Source of the DNA: Scyliorhinus canicula
Taxonomy: Eukaryota
Direction of reading: 5' to 3'
DNA: 64,000 nt
Assembly: GCF_902713615.1 (NCBI RefSeq)
Contig: NC_052154.1
Location: 81,261,072 to 81,325,071 of the forward strand
In this document: positions 12,901 to 25,279 of the stretch, in pieces
Numbering within the stretch: position 1 is the stretch's first letter
How the letters are laid out: every line of letters starts with the position of its first letter
The notes under the pieces: model-generated
Databases searched by the model: none
Told to the model about the DNA's origin: nothing
What the model saw: only the letters and a program-made list of their open reading frames with translations
Made by a program: the position numbers and the translations under genes

Positions 12901-15603
12901 GGGATTGGAGGAGCCAGTGCGGGTGGAAGAAGTGCGGGCAGCGATAGGGAAGATGCAATTGGGTAAGGCACCGGAGCCGCATGGTTTTCCGTTGGAATTT
13001 TATATAATATTTAAGGATACATTCTCCCTGCATCTGCATGGTCTCGCCCCCACAACGCAAAGATGTGCAGGGTAGGTGGATTGTCCCCACAAAATGCCCA
13101 TTAATTGGATGTTTTAAAATCATATAAAAAAAAGTTTAAGGATAACTTGGCACTGCTATTGGTAGACGTTTTTGAGGACACTACGGTTAGGGAGGACTTG
13201 CCGGAAACAATGGGTCAGGCATCCATTTCGTTGTTGCATAAAAATGAATAAAGATCCGGTGGAGTGTGGGTCGCATAGGCTCATATCTCTGTTGAATGTG
13301 GATGCCAAGATATTGGTGAAGGTGGTTGCATGGAGGTTGGAGGAGTGCTTTCCAAATGTGATTGGGGAGGCCAGACGAGGTTCGTTAAGGGTAGGAAGTT
13401 GTCATCGAATGTGCGGCAACTGCTTAATCTGGTGCTTTCTCCGACAGAAGGAAGGGAGTTGGAGGTGGTGGTGGCATTGGTGGCAAATAAGGCATTCAAT
13501 GGGGTGGAGTGGAGCCATCTGTTTGCAGCATTGGAGAACTTTGGGATTGGAGACGTTTGTGGCATGGGTGAGATTCTTGCATAAGGATCGAATGGGCAGT
13601 GTGCAATTGAATTATGTGAATTCAGGGTACTTTCCACTGCATCGGGGAATGAAGCAGGGATACCTAATGTCCACTTCTATTGATGATGGTAATAGAGCCC
13701 TTAACCATTGTACTGAGGTGCTCGGATTTATGGAAGGGGTCTGTGAGTGGGGGAGGGGGGGGGGGGGCAGTGGAGCACAGGGTGTCTCTGCATGGATGAT
13801 CTGCTATTATATAATTTGGACTCAAGTTTTTTGGTATGGGAAATAATGGGTCTGCTTCAGATATGTGGGACATTTTCTGGATATAAGTTGAATTTGGCGT
13901 GGGGGGGGGGGGGACGAGTAGTTTGTGCTGTCTTCTCCGGGGTTTGGGGTTGCAGTGGGACGGTTGCTGTTTTCGAGTGGCAACAGCCCATGTCAGGTAT
14001 GTGGGGGTGCAGGAAACCTGGGATTAGGCGCGGCTTCATAAAATGAACTATACGAGTTTGGTTGAGAGGGTGAAAGAGGTTTTATTAAGGTGGGGCAGTC
14101 TTTCCCTGTCGCTAGCATGTCGGGTGCAGGCAGTTAACATGAACATTTTGCCGCACTTTCTATTCTTATTTCAGTGCCTTCCGGTGTTTTGCCGAGGTTG
14201 TTTGTTAAGGGGACTGACAGGTTGGTTTTGTCATTTGTTTGGGCAGAGAACATGGCCAGGATAAGAAAGGTGTCACTTCAGAGGGGCTGGCAGTTTCGGG
14301 TATTATTACTGGGTGGTGAAGGTGGAGAGGTTCTGGGGCTGGAGTAGAGACTTGGAGGCTTTATAGGTGAGGATGGAGGTGGGTTCTTGTAGGGGGCGCA
14401 GTTGCAGGTGCTGGCGATGGCACTACTGTTTTCCCCAGGGGAGTATTCAGGAAGTCCTGTGGTGGTTGCCACGTTGACTATATGGAGGTAATGTAGCCAC
14501 CTACTTTAAGTTGGGAGTGGAGTCAAGGCTGATGCCGATCCGGGGGAATCATGTGTTTGAGCCAAGGATGATAATTGCAAGGTTTCAGGGATGGGACGAG
14601 AGAGGGATGAAGGAGATGAAGGATTTGTTTTTAGAGGAGCTGCTTGCAAGCTTGCAGGATTGTGGGGTAAGTTTGGGTTTCTGTGTGAGGAGAGTTTTCG
14701 GTAGATGCAGGTGTGGGACTTTGCTAGAAATGTTTTACTGACCTCTCCAATAGCGCCTGCCTCCTCGTTGTTGGAGGAGGCTTTGTCAGTCATGGGTTGG
14801 AGAGTGGGGTCATTGCAGTCATTATGGGAGGGTCTTGGAGCGGATAAGGTGTCTGTGGAGGGGATCAAGGCCAAGTGATAGGGGGAGTTGGGGTGAGGCT
14901 GGAGGAGGGACTGTGGTGTGAGGTGCTGTGGAGGGTGAATGCCTCAGCCTTGTGCGCAAGTCTGCGGTTGATAAAGTTGAAGGTGGCACAGAGAGCGTAT
15001 TTGGCGAAGTCAAGGATGAGCTGGTTGTTTGAGGGGTAGAGGATACGTGCAAACAGTGTGCAAGGGGCCCAGTTATTCATGTGCACATGTTCCGGTCCTG
15101 CCAGCTTGGATAAATTGTCGGGATCGTTTTTCAGCACCATGTCGACAATCCCACATGTGGATTTATAGCCGGATCCAGTGGGGGCCATATTCGTGGTGTC
15201 GGACCTTCCGGAGTTGCAGACAGGAGCAGGCAGATGTTTTAATCTTTGCCTCGTGATTGGTCACAGGAGGTTTCTGTTGGGGCGGAGGACAGCTTCTCCG
15301 ACCTCTGCCTCAGCATGGCTGGGGGACCTAATGGAGTTCCTACATCTTGAGAAGGTTAAATTTACCCTAAAGATGGGGAGGGGGGATGAGGAATCCCAGA
15401 GAGATGGGGTTTGTTTCGTTTGCATTTCTGAGAGCTAGTTACAATCTACTGTTAGGTGGGGGAGGTAGGGGGTGCAGGGAGAGGTAAGTTGGTGTGAGGG
15501 CAGGGCTTTAGGCAGGGTATGTTGTATTTGGGGTGTCATGGTTCTGCTTTGTTTTGTAAAATGTGAAAATGATAAAAATGTAAATAAAAATGCTTTAAAT
15601 AAA
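9995..15603 (+). mobile_element. Near full-length, heavily decayed L1-clade LINE (L1-b)
   Basis: L1-type 5' start acttctggtg. ORF1 remnants (PKPKMNEPPRAVIVCF at about 10957-11359). ORF2 remnants (RLISLLNVDAKIL, CMDDLLLY, VAQRAYL). The 3' end has aataaa. A possible short TSD gaaataa(ct). Confidence 0.85.
10244..10580 (+). mobile_element. tRNA-head SINE (HE1-like, CR1-type tail) inserted in L1-b
   Basis: gggcagcacggtagcacagtgg head, ggttcaattcc B-box, and a tail ending ttctgcactgtaattctatg. Confidence 0.9.
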
Positions 15604-16611
15604 GAAATAACTCATGCCAATCTTGTTGTAATCTTTAGATTAACTAACTGTTGAAAAATAAAGCAAGCGTTTTAATATTTAGGCCAAACTGTGTTTTGTA
15701 AAAAAATACTCTCACATTCTACTGGCCCGGCATGCTGTCTGCCAATCACTTATTTAACTGGATTCGATGGCGAGGAATCTTTCGTGATCGGAAAGAATGT
15801 TGAACAGTTTTCTAATTTGCAAATATATCTGCCAACTAAACAAAAAAAACAGAAGTTAGAAATTAACGTTTTTGTAAAATGGCAGAAAATAACAGAATAT
15901 TTCAAAGATAGAAATGTATATATAAGAGACGCATAGGAGGGCTGGAAATTACTCAGAGCCAACTAGCTTAATATTCCATTGCTTTCATTTGACATTTGTT
16001 TCTGTTACTGCAATTTGAATGATGCAACATTAGCAAGAGAACTTGCGCAATCAGAAGCTACATTTACTCATTCAGCCTGTTGCAGCGGAACCGCAATGTT
16101 TCGCAATCTGATTAAAACGACAGATGTGCTTACGGTTCTTTCTCTTTAAATTTCTGGTCAGCAAGATTTGGTTGCCTGTCTGCAAATGCATTCAGTAAAA
16201 CTCACTGCCAGAATATGTAGTATATGATAAACCATGTACTGACCATGAATAAATGCGCCGTAAGTCAAGTGATATTAATGATAGAAAATAGGTAAATTGG
16301 CAGTGGTCTGTTCTGGTGCCAGGAAGGACGTTCACCAGAGAAAACCAACGGGATTGTGCAATTGACAGAACACAAAAATGTTTTCTGAAGGAAGAAGTGC
16401 AGTAAGTGGGGTTACGTAATGTTTATGTCACTAGATGTAATCCAAGGAATGTTACTCCAGATCTGAGAACGAGAATTTGAAATCAGTTTAAAAAATAAAA
16501 CGCCACGATTTGTTTTAAAAAAAGCTTTCAAGGAGATTGGTGTATTTTTTTAAAAATTCGTTTTGAGCTGGGCGTCCCTGGCTGCTTCAGTGTTGTTTGG
16601 CCTTTTCTAAT

Positions 16612-16900
16612 TAATAATAATCGTTATTATTGTCACAAGTAGGCTTATATTAACACTGCAATGAAGTTACTGTGAAAGTTCCCCGGCTGTCACACTCCCG
16701 CGACTGATTGGGTACGCAGAGGAGAATTCAGAACGTCCAATTCATCTAACAGCACGTCTTTCGGGGCTTTTGGGAGGAAGCCGGACCGCCTGGAGGAAAC
16801 CCACGCAGACACGGGGAGAACGTGCAAACTCCGCACAGTGACCCAAGCGGGAATCGAACCCGGATCCCTGGCGCTGTCAAGTAAAAATGCTACCATGCCG
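16612..16900 (-). mobile_element. tRNA-head SINE, second tail type
   Basis: Reverse complement of the HE1-like body, with tail ...cttcattgcagtgttaat.taagcctacttgtgacaataa. Confidence 0.85.
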
Positions 16901-17586
16901 GGTGGGGTGGGATTCGAATCCGGATCCTCATTACACTGCATCTCCAGAATACCACTGCTCCACTACCTGTCCTATAGTCAAAGCGCTTCACTAATCCTAG
17001 GAAAACATACCTTGGTCTCTGGACTCTATGTGGCACCTGTCCTAAACGAAGAAAGTGACTCAAGCCTGTCCTCTGACAAATTGAAGTAACGCACTGAGTT
17101 GTAACGAAACTTCAAGTTAAGATGTCAGCAGTGAGGGGGGAGGGGGGTTAAAATGGGGAGGCAGGGTAATTGGGAAGTGGGGGACGGGTTGGTGCGATAT
17201 TTTGTTTACTTTGTTAGTTGCAGCCCTGTTAGTTTGTTTTGATTTGCGATGAGGTTCGTTTTGTGAATTTATAAATGCCCTCAATAAAACATATTTTTTA
17301 AAATTATAATCGTTACTGGACCAGATACTGAAACAAAAAAGTCTGCTTACATTTCAGTTTGAGATTAGTTAATGGGATAAGATTGTCACTTTTCTTGTCA
17401 ACAAAGCAAAGGTGCCTAAGTGCAGAAATGGAAGTTTTAGCAGCTCCTCAGTCAAGCCGTTGTTACAACATCAATTTCCTGCAATCCGGCCCGACAAGTT
17501 ATCTTCACTAAAAACTCAAAAAGGTTAATCTCCTGCTACAACCGTCAATGCTTCACACACCAGCTAACTTTTCAATTCGCTGCTTA

Positions 17587-17770
17587 ATAATAATAACCTT
17601 TATTGTCACAAGTAGGCTTACATTAACACTACAATGAAGTTACTGTGAAAAGACCCTAGTCGCCACATTCCGGCGCCTGTTCAGGTACACAGATAGAGAA
17701 TTCAGAATGTCCAAATCACCTAACAGCGCGTCTTTCGGGACTTGATGGAGGAAACCAGACCACCCGGTTC
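17587..17770 (-). mobile_element. 5'-truncated SINE, second tail type
   Basis: ttattgtcacaagtaggcttacattaacact...ggaaacc. Confidence 0.8.
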
Positions 17771-20377
17771 ATTCGTGATATTAAATTGTCCAAATGTTCA
17801 TTTGGGTAAGATTTTTAGGCATATATATCAAGAAAATGGAGTTAAGTCAGCCGCACTGACTGGAGGTCCAGTCTGCCAGAAGGTGATTGAATGACCCAGT
17901 ACCCTATAGAGTCGGAGTGGCTTACTACTGTTCCTGTGTTCGTATTTAATGCTGTACACTTCTGTCCGTTGATAAACTTGTTTGACTGCCAAACCATTTA
18001 ATGAAGACCCTAAGTCCATGATAATGGACAGGTGTTGATCTTGCCATGAATTCTGGTTTTGAACCAAAGTCCGAGAACGTGCAGGACAGTGAAGATAGCA
18101 ATTGTCCAATTTGAGAACTTCTGTCGTCAGCCAATCGGGTTTTCATGCACTCAAAACTAGTACTTGCAGACGGGCTTCCACCAAACGTTCCTGTAAATGC
18201 CTGATGTTCGATAATTATTAATCATGATTTTCATTTATATTCCTCAAACTTCCAATGGACGGTACAAGACAACAGAGAGCATTACAGTCCCTTGCATGGA
18301 CATGCCTCACATACGTAAATCAGGTCCATGTAAAAAGAAAATGCAGATATTCCGAGTCAACGGGAATAAAGGATAACATTATTTTGACGTTAATACTTTT
18401 CGTAAGTTAACTGTTTGTTATTGGAGCAGTGCTGAATAAATAGACGCATAATGAGAACGGTTAAGGATAGTGTTCGTAATAAATAGATTAAAAACTGCAA
18501 AAAAAAAAGGCCTTTGCTTGCAGCTAAGCTGCAAAAGTTGATCTACTAGGGGATACAGATTTCTATTAGTAAATGACAAAAAATGTGTAACAGATAGAAA
18601 TACCATCGTATTCAGGCAAGCCGAATTCAACAGACAAAATTGACCGGGGGGAGGGGCAGAAACATGTCAAATATAAATTCTAAATGAGATATACAGGTCC
18701 GTTACTCTTATCTGAATGGATGTAGTTATCGACACAACAATATATTCAAATTGCCAATATGACACTTTCATGACGAAACTAATATTCCAACCTTCTGTTC
18801 CCTCTTTGGAGAAAGCTCCTGGGCGGAAATCTGCACCATCTGTGAGCTCCAGAGGAGATGCTGAAATGTGTAATCAAATGTAATGCAGAATTCTACTCTG
18901 TGCGTTTCAAATCAAAGTTGGAGCATGGATTGACATTCCAGATATTCCGGCGTCACACGGTCTTCCGCGTCAGAATAAAATATGCTTGGCAATACATTAA
19001 ATATTTGAAAGTCGACTAATTTTCAAATAGGCGCATAAGATATTATACGATAATAATGGACGATGAGAATTACGGGGAAAACGCAAGAGGATTAAATGTT
19101 TCCGTACACACTGTGTTGCACTATGCAGAGATGAATTGTATTCGCGGCCATTGCTCTCACACCTAACCCGCTCCATGACCTCCTGTTTCAATTCAGAGCA
19201 GTGACCCCCTACCTCCCTATATGTTATCAACACTGTGTGGGGTCATCCTCCCTGTATATCGTTAGCAATATATCCGAATAAATTGCGATGCTCCGTTAAA
19301 GTATTTTTAAAATAAATACAAACACAAAGTAAAAGAAATAATAAAACGGGTCATTGTTCTACTGTAGGAGTATAACAGAACAGCTGCGGTATACAAAAGC
19401 CAATGTATTCCTTAAAATTAAAAATGACCATTAATTTTCCAGTCGAAATTCCTTGCAATAAACTGAGTGCCGTGAATAACCAGCCCTGCTTTCAATGAAA
19501 TCTCCCTTCTCTTCGCAACCAGCTCGAGGAGAATGGGATTTAGTTTGCTACTCCTCGCAGTTCCATCAGCGGATATCATCCAACTCCTCGAAAATTACTT
19601 CCTTCAGAAGAAGTTATATTCGGCTCCAAACAGTGAATCTGCTTCTCTCTCTGCAGATGCTGCCGGACCTGCTGTGTTTTTCCAGCACTTTCTGTTTTTA
19701 TTTCAGGATATCCGCGTTATTTTTCCCATTATTAAATATCTCTCGTTGCATGTCAGGTCTGCTGGACTAATAGCAGTAACAGTGAAACCGGTAGATACAG
19801 GACTAGAATGTCATCTCTGGCTCTGTGAAAATAAAATTAGCCTCAACAGCACTGAAATTAAAATTAGTGAGATGAGCAGCATTGTTAATCCTCATTGTCA
19901 TTACAGTGATTTCTCCTACCAGCCCGCTGGCTGGAGGCTGGGTGAGGTCTCGATTGCACTCGATTCTAAGTACTAAGGAATAAATATGTGCACACCTTAT
20001 TCTCCTGCATGAAGTAGAATGACTTAGATGGCGTGCTGGAAGACCACCTGAGACCCGAATTGTTAATTTCAGGATTTAATGAAAGATCAAATGTCTGGTG
20101 CTGACAATAAAAAACTATTGGAACCAATTGTGCCGGAAGCGGTTGAAAAACCATGGCTCTTCAAGTGACAGCGTTTGAGCAGCAGTTAGTACGTCAGTTC
20201 TACTTCCCGACACAAACACAAGTCTAAACTCACCCAATACGCTGTTTTAGTCATGTGACTTCTCATGTCCTGTTCACACGTTTCATAAACTTACCCAGGA
20301 AATCTATAATTTACCTAAACCGTTGTGAATATCGTTCTCATTTCCAGCAAGCAGCCAACTAATGTGATATTTGCAAT

Positions 20378-20432
20378 ATGTCGATGCAGATTACAGTTCA
20401 GTGCATGGCTCTTCTGGGCATTGTTTGGACAG
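20378..20432 (+). CDS. Exon 1 (signal peptide) of an NKp30/NCR3-like VJ-C1 IgSF receptor
   Basis: ATG at 20378 gives MSMQITVQCMALLGIVWT, followed by a phase-1 donor ACAG|GTATCT. It lies 201 bp upstream of a phase-1 V exon, the standard IgSF leader layout. Confidence 0.75.
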
Positions 20433-20633
20433 GTATCTTTAGCAACTAGATGCTGCAGGTTTCACAATAGCAGGTCCTAATTTAAAAGATTCTACATCCG
20501 TTACTCATTGTAAAATTAGATACTATACTTCAGTAAATCGGTAGCTGGTGTCTCTTAATGGTTTTTATAATTTACTTGTCTCAGTTAGTTTGCTTTATCT
20601 ATTGTATCGCCCTCTTTGTTAATTTTCTGATAG

Positions 20634-20939
20634 CCGCTGGAGTAACCTTTCGCGAAGTGGTTCAGTTGCCTAAATACTTGAAGGTGAACAGAGGTGAGAA
20701 TGCTTCCATGCACTGTGCATTTCCCCTAGATGAAGATCTGCCCGATGTTCGCTGGTGGAGACGCGAAAAGCCATCATTTCTCGAACCAGACAGCAGAAAG
20801 CGATTTGATGTGAACAAGGGAAGTGGTTCGTTGCAATTCTTGAATGTGACGTTTGCAGATTCCGGAGTTTATTATTGCAAAGTAAACTATCGGGAAAAAT
20901 CTAATGTAACTGGAACGGGCACCCAGCTCACTGTGTACG
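20634..20939 (+). CDS. Exon 2: V-set Ig domain with a germline-encoded J-like G strand
   Basis: Acceptor ttttctgatag|, donor TACG|GTAGGT, 306 nt, phase 1-1. Protein AGVTFREVVQLPKYLKVNRGENASMHCAFP...VRWWRRE...SLQFLNVTFADSGVYYCKVNYREKSNVTGTGTQLTVY has the B-strand Cys, C-strand Trp, DSGVYYC and GxGTxLxV. Confidence 0.95.
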
Positions 20940-21129
20940 GTAGGTGTTATTGGAAGCGGGAGGATTTCAGCTCTGTGCCATATATGTAATTTGTTCTTTT
21001 TAATGCTGGAGGAAAACCTGGTTGTAGCGAATTTATTTCACACAACACCGGATTGTCTGCCATTGACCTCGGTGCACAACAGGCATCTTAGTTTTGAAAT
21101 GAAGCAATGGAATCAGACCAAATAAAAAT

Positions 21130-21320
21130 AGAACGTTTTGGAAATACTGAGGGAGCCTCTGTGGAGAGAAACAAAATTAACCTTTCATGTCAATGATCAG
21201 AATCGATCTGAAACATTAACTCAGTTTCTCTGCACAGATGTTGCCTGACCTGCTGAATAGTCCCAGCATTTCCAGTTCGGATTTCACATTTGCAGCATCT
21301 GCAGTATTTTGCGTTTATGT
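21130..21320. repeat. Dispersed short repeat with an imperfect inverted structure (related pieces at about 19640-19705, 23625-23720, 52050-52170)
   Basis: Shared motifs gcagatgctg, gaaatctgaaat and gacctgctg.g...ccagcattt occur in both orientations. Family not determined. Confidence 0.6.
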
Positions 21321-22420
21321 TGTAATGGGATGAGATGGTCTGCTTCCTTCTCGCTAAAATACCTGTGCCACAATTCAACAATGGGAGCAACTGGAACACC
21401 TCCCAGGTCGTCATTTACAAAACATCAAAGATCATTTAATTCACCTCAACAAGGAAGGAAGATTCCGGGTGTGCTGGGTGATTCCTGCAGATAGAAATGG
21501 GAGGAGTAATGAACCCCCATTGTGGTGATTGCAGAGAGAAAGGAAATTCCCATTAAAGTAAGACAGGTCATTCGCGGTATTCGGTTTATTGCTTTTCACC
21601 GTTTCCAAATCGAGTTAGTTGATGTGAATCAGGAGGCGAATATCAATCGGGATTCCTGCTCCTTATCGCCGTCCATTTAAACTGAACAAGATGTCAACAA
21701 GAACAACGGCTAGCCTGTAACCAACTTCCAACCAAAGGTCAAAAGCCTTGGGTTCTTTTGCCAATCACCTTAAATCTGTATCTTCCGGTTACCGACACTC
21801 GTCACTGAGAAGAGTTTCTCCTTATTTACTTTATCAAAACTGTCCATAACTCTCAATGTCGCTGTCTAGCCTCATCTTAACCTTCTGGGCTCTCAGAGAA
21901 CAAACGTAACATCTCAAGTCTCCCACGGAACACAGGCCCCTTAACCCTGGTAAACTTATCACAAATCTTCGCCGAAGTCCCATTAAATGCCTTTTTTATA
22001 ACCTCGGATCAAACCTCCTGGCACAGCGACGAATATTCCACAACCCAGACAATGTTTCCGTCAATCCAATGCGCGAACTTGCCGATGTAACACTTTCTAT
22101 ACCGCAATGTCCGAAATTGAGATGGCTAAATCTTTGCTAGGTATGGGTATCAGGGAAATAGAATCGAGTTAAGGTAGAGCTCAGGTATAATCTAAATGAA
22201 TGGCAGAGCCGGCTAGAGGGACAGAATGGGCCCATGTTCCTATGTCGGCCGAGTTTATTTCTTAATTGTGTCCATTAAGAACGTGTTTGAAATTCAAGCT
22301 CTTTCCACAAAGGGAGCCTGCAACCCAGTCAGAGCGAAGATGTTGATCCTGCCCTCAATGCTGTATCCTATCCCTATCCTAGAGCTCGCAGGACGGTTAA
22401 GGTGTCCAATACCCATGTTT

Positions 22421-22736
22421 GAACATAGAGTGCAGAAGGAGGCCATTCGGCCCATCGAGTCTGCACCAACCCATTTAAGGCCTCACTTCCACCCTATCCC
22501 CATAACCCAATAACCCCTCCTAACCTTTATTTTTAGTCACTAAGGGCAATTTACCATGTCCAATCCACCTAACCTGCACGTCTTTAGACTGTGGGAGGAA
22601 ACCGGAGCACCCTGGGGAAACCCACACAGATAGGGGAGAACGTGCAGATTCCGCACAGTGACCCAGCGGGGAATCGAATCTGGGACCCTGGTGCTGTGAA
22701 GCCACACTGCTATCCACTTATGCTACCGTACTGCCC
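22421..22736 (-). mobile_element. tRNA-head SINE (CR1-type tail), in intron 2
   Basis: Reverse complement of the HE1-like consensus, ending ctgccc. Confidence 0.88.
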
Positions 22737-22819
22737 AACCTCTGGGGCACGCCAATCGGACCTTCCCTGATTAACTCACAACTGCTAAAGTGAAGGTTGG
22801 ATATCACCGAATATTTTGA

Positions 22820-23121
22820 TAATCATAATCTTCCTTAGTGTGTCAGAAGTAGGCTTACATTAACACTGCAATGATGTTACTGTAAAAATCCTCTACTCGC
22901 CACATTGCGGCGCCTGTTCGGGTACAGAGAGAGAACATTCAAAATGTCCAATTCACCTAATAAGCGTCCGTTTTTGAATAGTGGGAGCACCCGGAGGGAA
23001 CACACCCAGACACCGGGAGACCGTGCAGACTCCGCACAGAGACTAACCCAAACCGGGAATCGAACCCGGGTTCCAGGCATTGTGAAGCAACAGTGCTAAC
23101 CACTGTGCTACCGTGCCGCCC
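22820..23121 (-). mobile_element. tRNA-head SINE, second tail type, in intron 2
   Basis: gtaggcttacattaacactgcaatga...tgctaccgtgccgccc. Confidence 0.88.
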
Positions 23122-23993
23122 ATCCTCTGGCTCCATTTTTGTAATTCATGATTTTCATATACACTCCCCATTTTCGGAGGAAGGTTAGGACAGGTGACAG
23201 AGAGAACACTGGCTTATTTCTGCGGGGGGGGGGGGGGGGGGGGTTCAGTCGCATTTTGCATTATAACGAAAGATCCATGGGGAAAGAATGGAGGAATTCT
23301 GAGGTTTTCCCGGGAATAAAGACCAACATAAGTTTGACAGTTACCAATGTCTCTAATTTAATAATTTGCTTTTACTAGAGTAGGAAATGTAAAATTCTGA
23401 ATAAAATATATTAAACAGCTTAATTATAGTAAATAAAACAATGCAAACCTCAGAAGGGACTTCACTTCGATCTGAAAGGCGATTGTAGATGGAATGGACG
23501 GACAGTTAGAGCGGTTCTCGTCAGAAAATAGTCAAATTGGATTGCTCGAGGCAGAGTATTCTCCAGACAAAATGCGTTTAACAGACCGAATAAAATCACA
23601 GAAGGACAATCCCCTGAAATTAGCCACTCAAAACAAAACAAAATACTGCGGATTCTGGAAATCTGAAATGAAAACTCAGTCAGACCTGCCGAGTTAGTCC
23701 AGCATTTTCTGTTTTTATCCCTGGAATTGAACCCTGGGTTAGTATTTCCTATTCCGTTTGGGCAATCTGAATGGGTGTTGTGATCTATATAGCGATATTA
23801 TAATTAGAAAAGTAAAAGCTTTCCTGCCGTGCAACACATTTGCAGTGTTCTGACACACTAAGGAAGATTATGATTATTCACGGTAGGAAATAGGCCGGCA
23901 GCAGCAGCAACGGCGGGGTGGGGAGGGAGGGGGCTTGGTTCGGTGGGAGGGAGAACTGTGTGCATGGGTTTGTGGGAAATAGAATCGAGTTAA

Positions 23994-24069
23994 GGTAGAG
24001 ATCAGGTATAATCTAAATGAATGGCAGAGCCGGCTCTGCCATTCATTTAGATTATACCTGATCTCTACC
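23994..24069. repeat. Perfect 76-bp palindrome (38-bp arms, no spacer)
   Basis: ggtagagatcaggtataatctaaatgaatggcagagcc|ggctctgccattcatttagattatacctgatctctacc, checked base by base. Confidence 0.97.
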
Positions 24070-24333
24070 GGGTGTTATCTCTTTCCTTTTGTTGTTTGGG
24101 TGTTCTTTTGTTTTTTCTTTTGTTTCCAGTGCTTTTGAAGTGGGGGGGGGGGGGGGGGGTGCTGTTCTTGGGTGTTTAGCGCGGTTGTTTCGTTAATATT
24201 GTGGTGATATTTATATTTTGTAAAAATGTTAATAAAAATATTTTTTTATAAAAAACCACAAAGCACGGTAGAAGCCAGGGTCGATTCTCGCTTGGGTCAC
24301 TGTCTGTGCTGAGTCTGCACCTTCTCCCTGTGT

Positions 24334-24659
24334 CATAGAATCATAGAATTTACAGTGCAGAAGGAGGCCATTCGGCCCATCGAGTCTGCACCGGCTCCTG
24401 GAAAGAGCCCCCTGCCCAAGGTTAACACCTCCACCCTATCCCCATAACCCAGTAACCCCACCCAACACTAAGGGCAATTTTGGACACTAAGGGCACTTTA
24501 TCATGGCCAATCCACCTAACCTGTACATCTTTGGACTGTGGGAGGAAACCGGAGCACCTGGAGGAAACCCACGGGGAGGATGTGAAGACTCCGCACAGGT
24601 AGTGACCGAAGCTGGAGCTGTGAAGCGATTGTGCTACCCACAATGCTACCGTGCTGCCC
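24334..24659 (-). mobile_element. tRNA-head SINE (CR1-type tail), preceded by a + strand SINE head fragment at about 24258-24333
   Basis: catagaatcatagaatttacagtgcagaagg tail through gctaccgtgctgccc. Confidence 0.88.
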
Positions 24660-24982
24660 CTCCTCTCTTCCTGACATATCCAGACAGGAATATCACTCGA
24701 GGTCGCTGATGCCAAACATATTCCCGCGCAAGAATCTGGTATTTTAATTCTGAGCAGTGACACAGTCTTCCCTGGTTATTACCAATTGGCGAGATTGATC
24801 CTCTTGCTCACGAAACAGCTGGTAATTTTACCGAGCGCCCCATAACATTGTATACAATAAGTATAAACCCAAAGTTTAAATATAACGGGTAACTATTATC
24901 GCATTATGACTGTAAGAACAAGGTTACACAACTGAGAATATGCTCCTTTCAACTCAAAAATGTTTTTCACCTCTTATTAAAG

Positions 24983-25279
24983 TTCCTCCAACTCCCCTGA
25001 AAATGGTTCCGATTGAAGAGAATTCAGCGATTTCTCTGAAATTCGAGTGTCAAACGGCTGCCTTTTACCCGGAGGATTTCAGAATCTCCTGGCAAAGAGA
25101 TGGTGTGGAAATTCTGACCGGAATAGAAACTGTGAAAAGCGAGACAACGGAGGGTCTTTTTGAGGTTTCCAGCTCTTTGGCAGATGCAAGGCCTGTACTG
25201 AATGGAGTAGTTTATACCTGTCTGGTATCTCATATCTCCCTTAAGGGCCCCGCCAGTGTCAGCTACACCGTCATTCAAG
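24983..25279 (+). CDS. Exon 3: C1-set Ig domain
   Basis: Acceptor ctcttattaaag|, donor CAAG|GTAAGA, 297 nt, phase 1-1. Protein has C1 hallmarks: LKFECQTAAFYPEDFRISWQRDG, EGLFEVSSSL, VYTCLVSHISL. Confidence 0.95.

Noticed and set aside
19533-19976. ORF starting MGFSLLLLAVPSA as an alternative leader
   Set aside because: There is no clean phase-1 donor after the hydrophobic stretch, the ORF runs through a dispersed repeat, and a better leader exists at 20378.
20558-20633. Hydrophobic N-terminus of ORF 20558-20989 as a signal peptide
   Set aside because: It is the T-rich polypyrimidine tract of intron 1 read in frame.
20929-20935. CACTGTG (reverse RSS heptamer) inside the J-like strand
   Set aside because: It is simply the codons for L-T-V, and there is no nonamer at 12 or 23 bp spacing.
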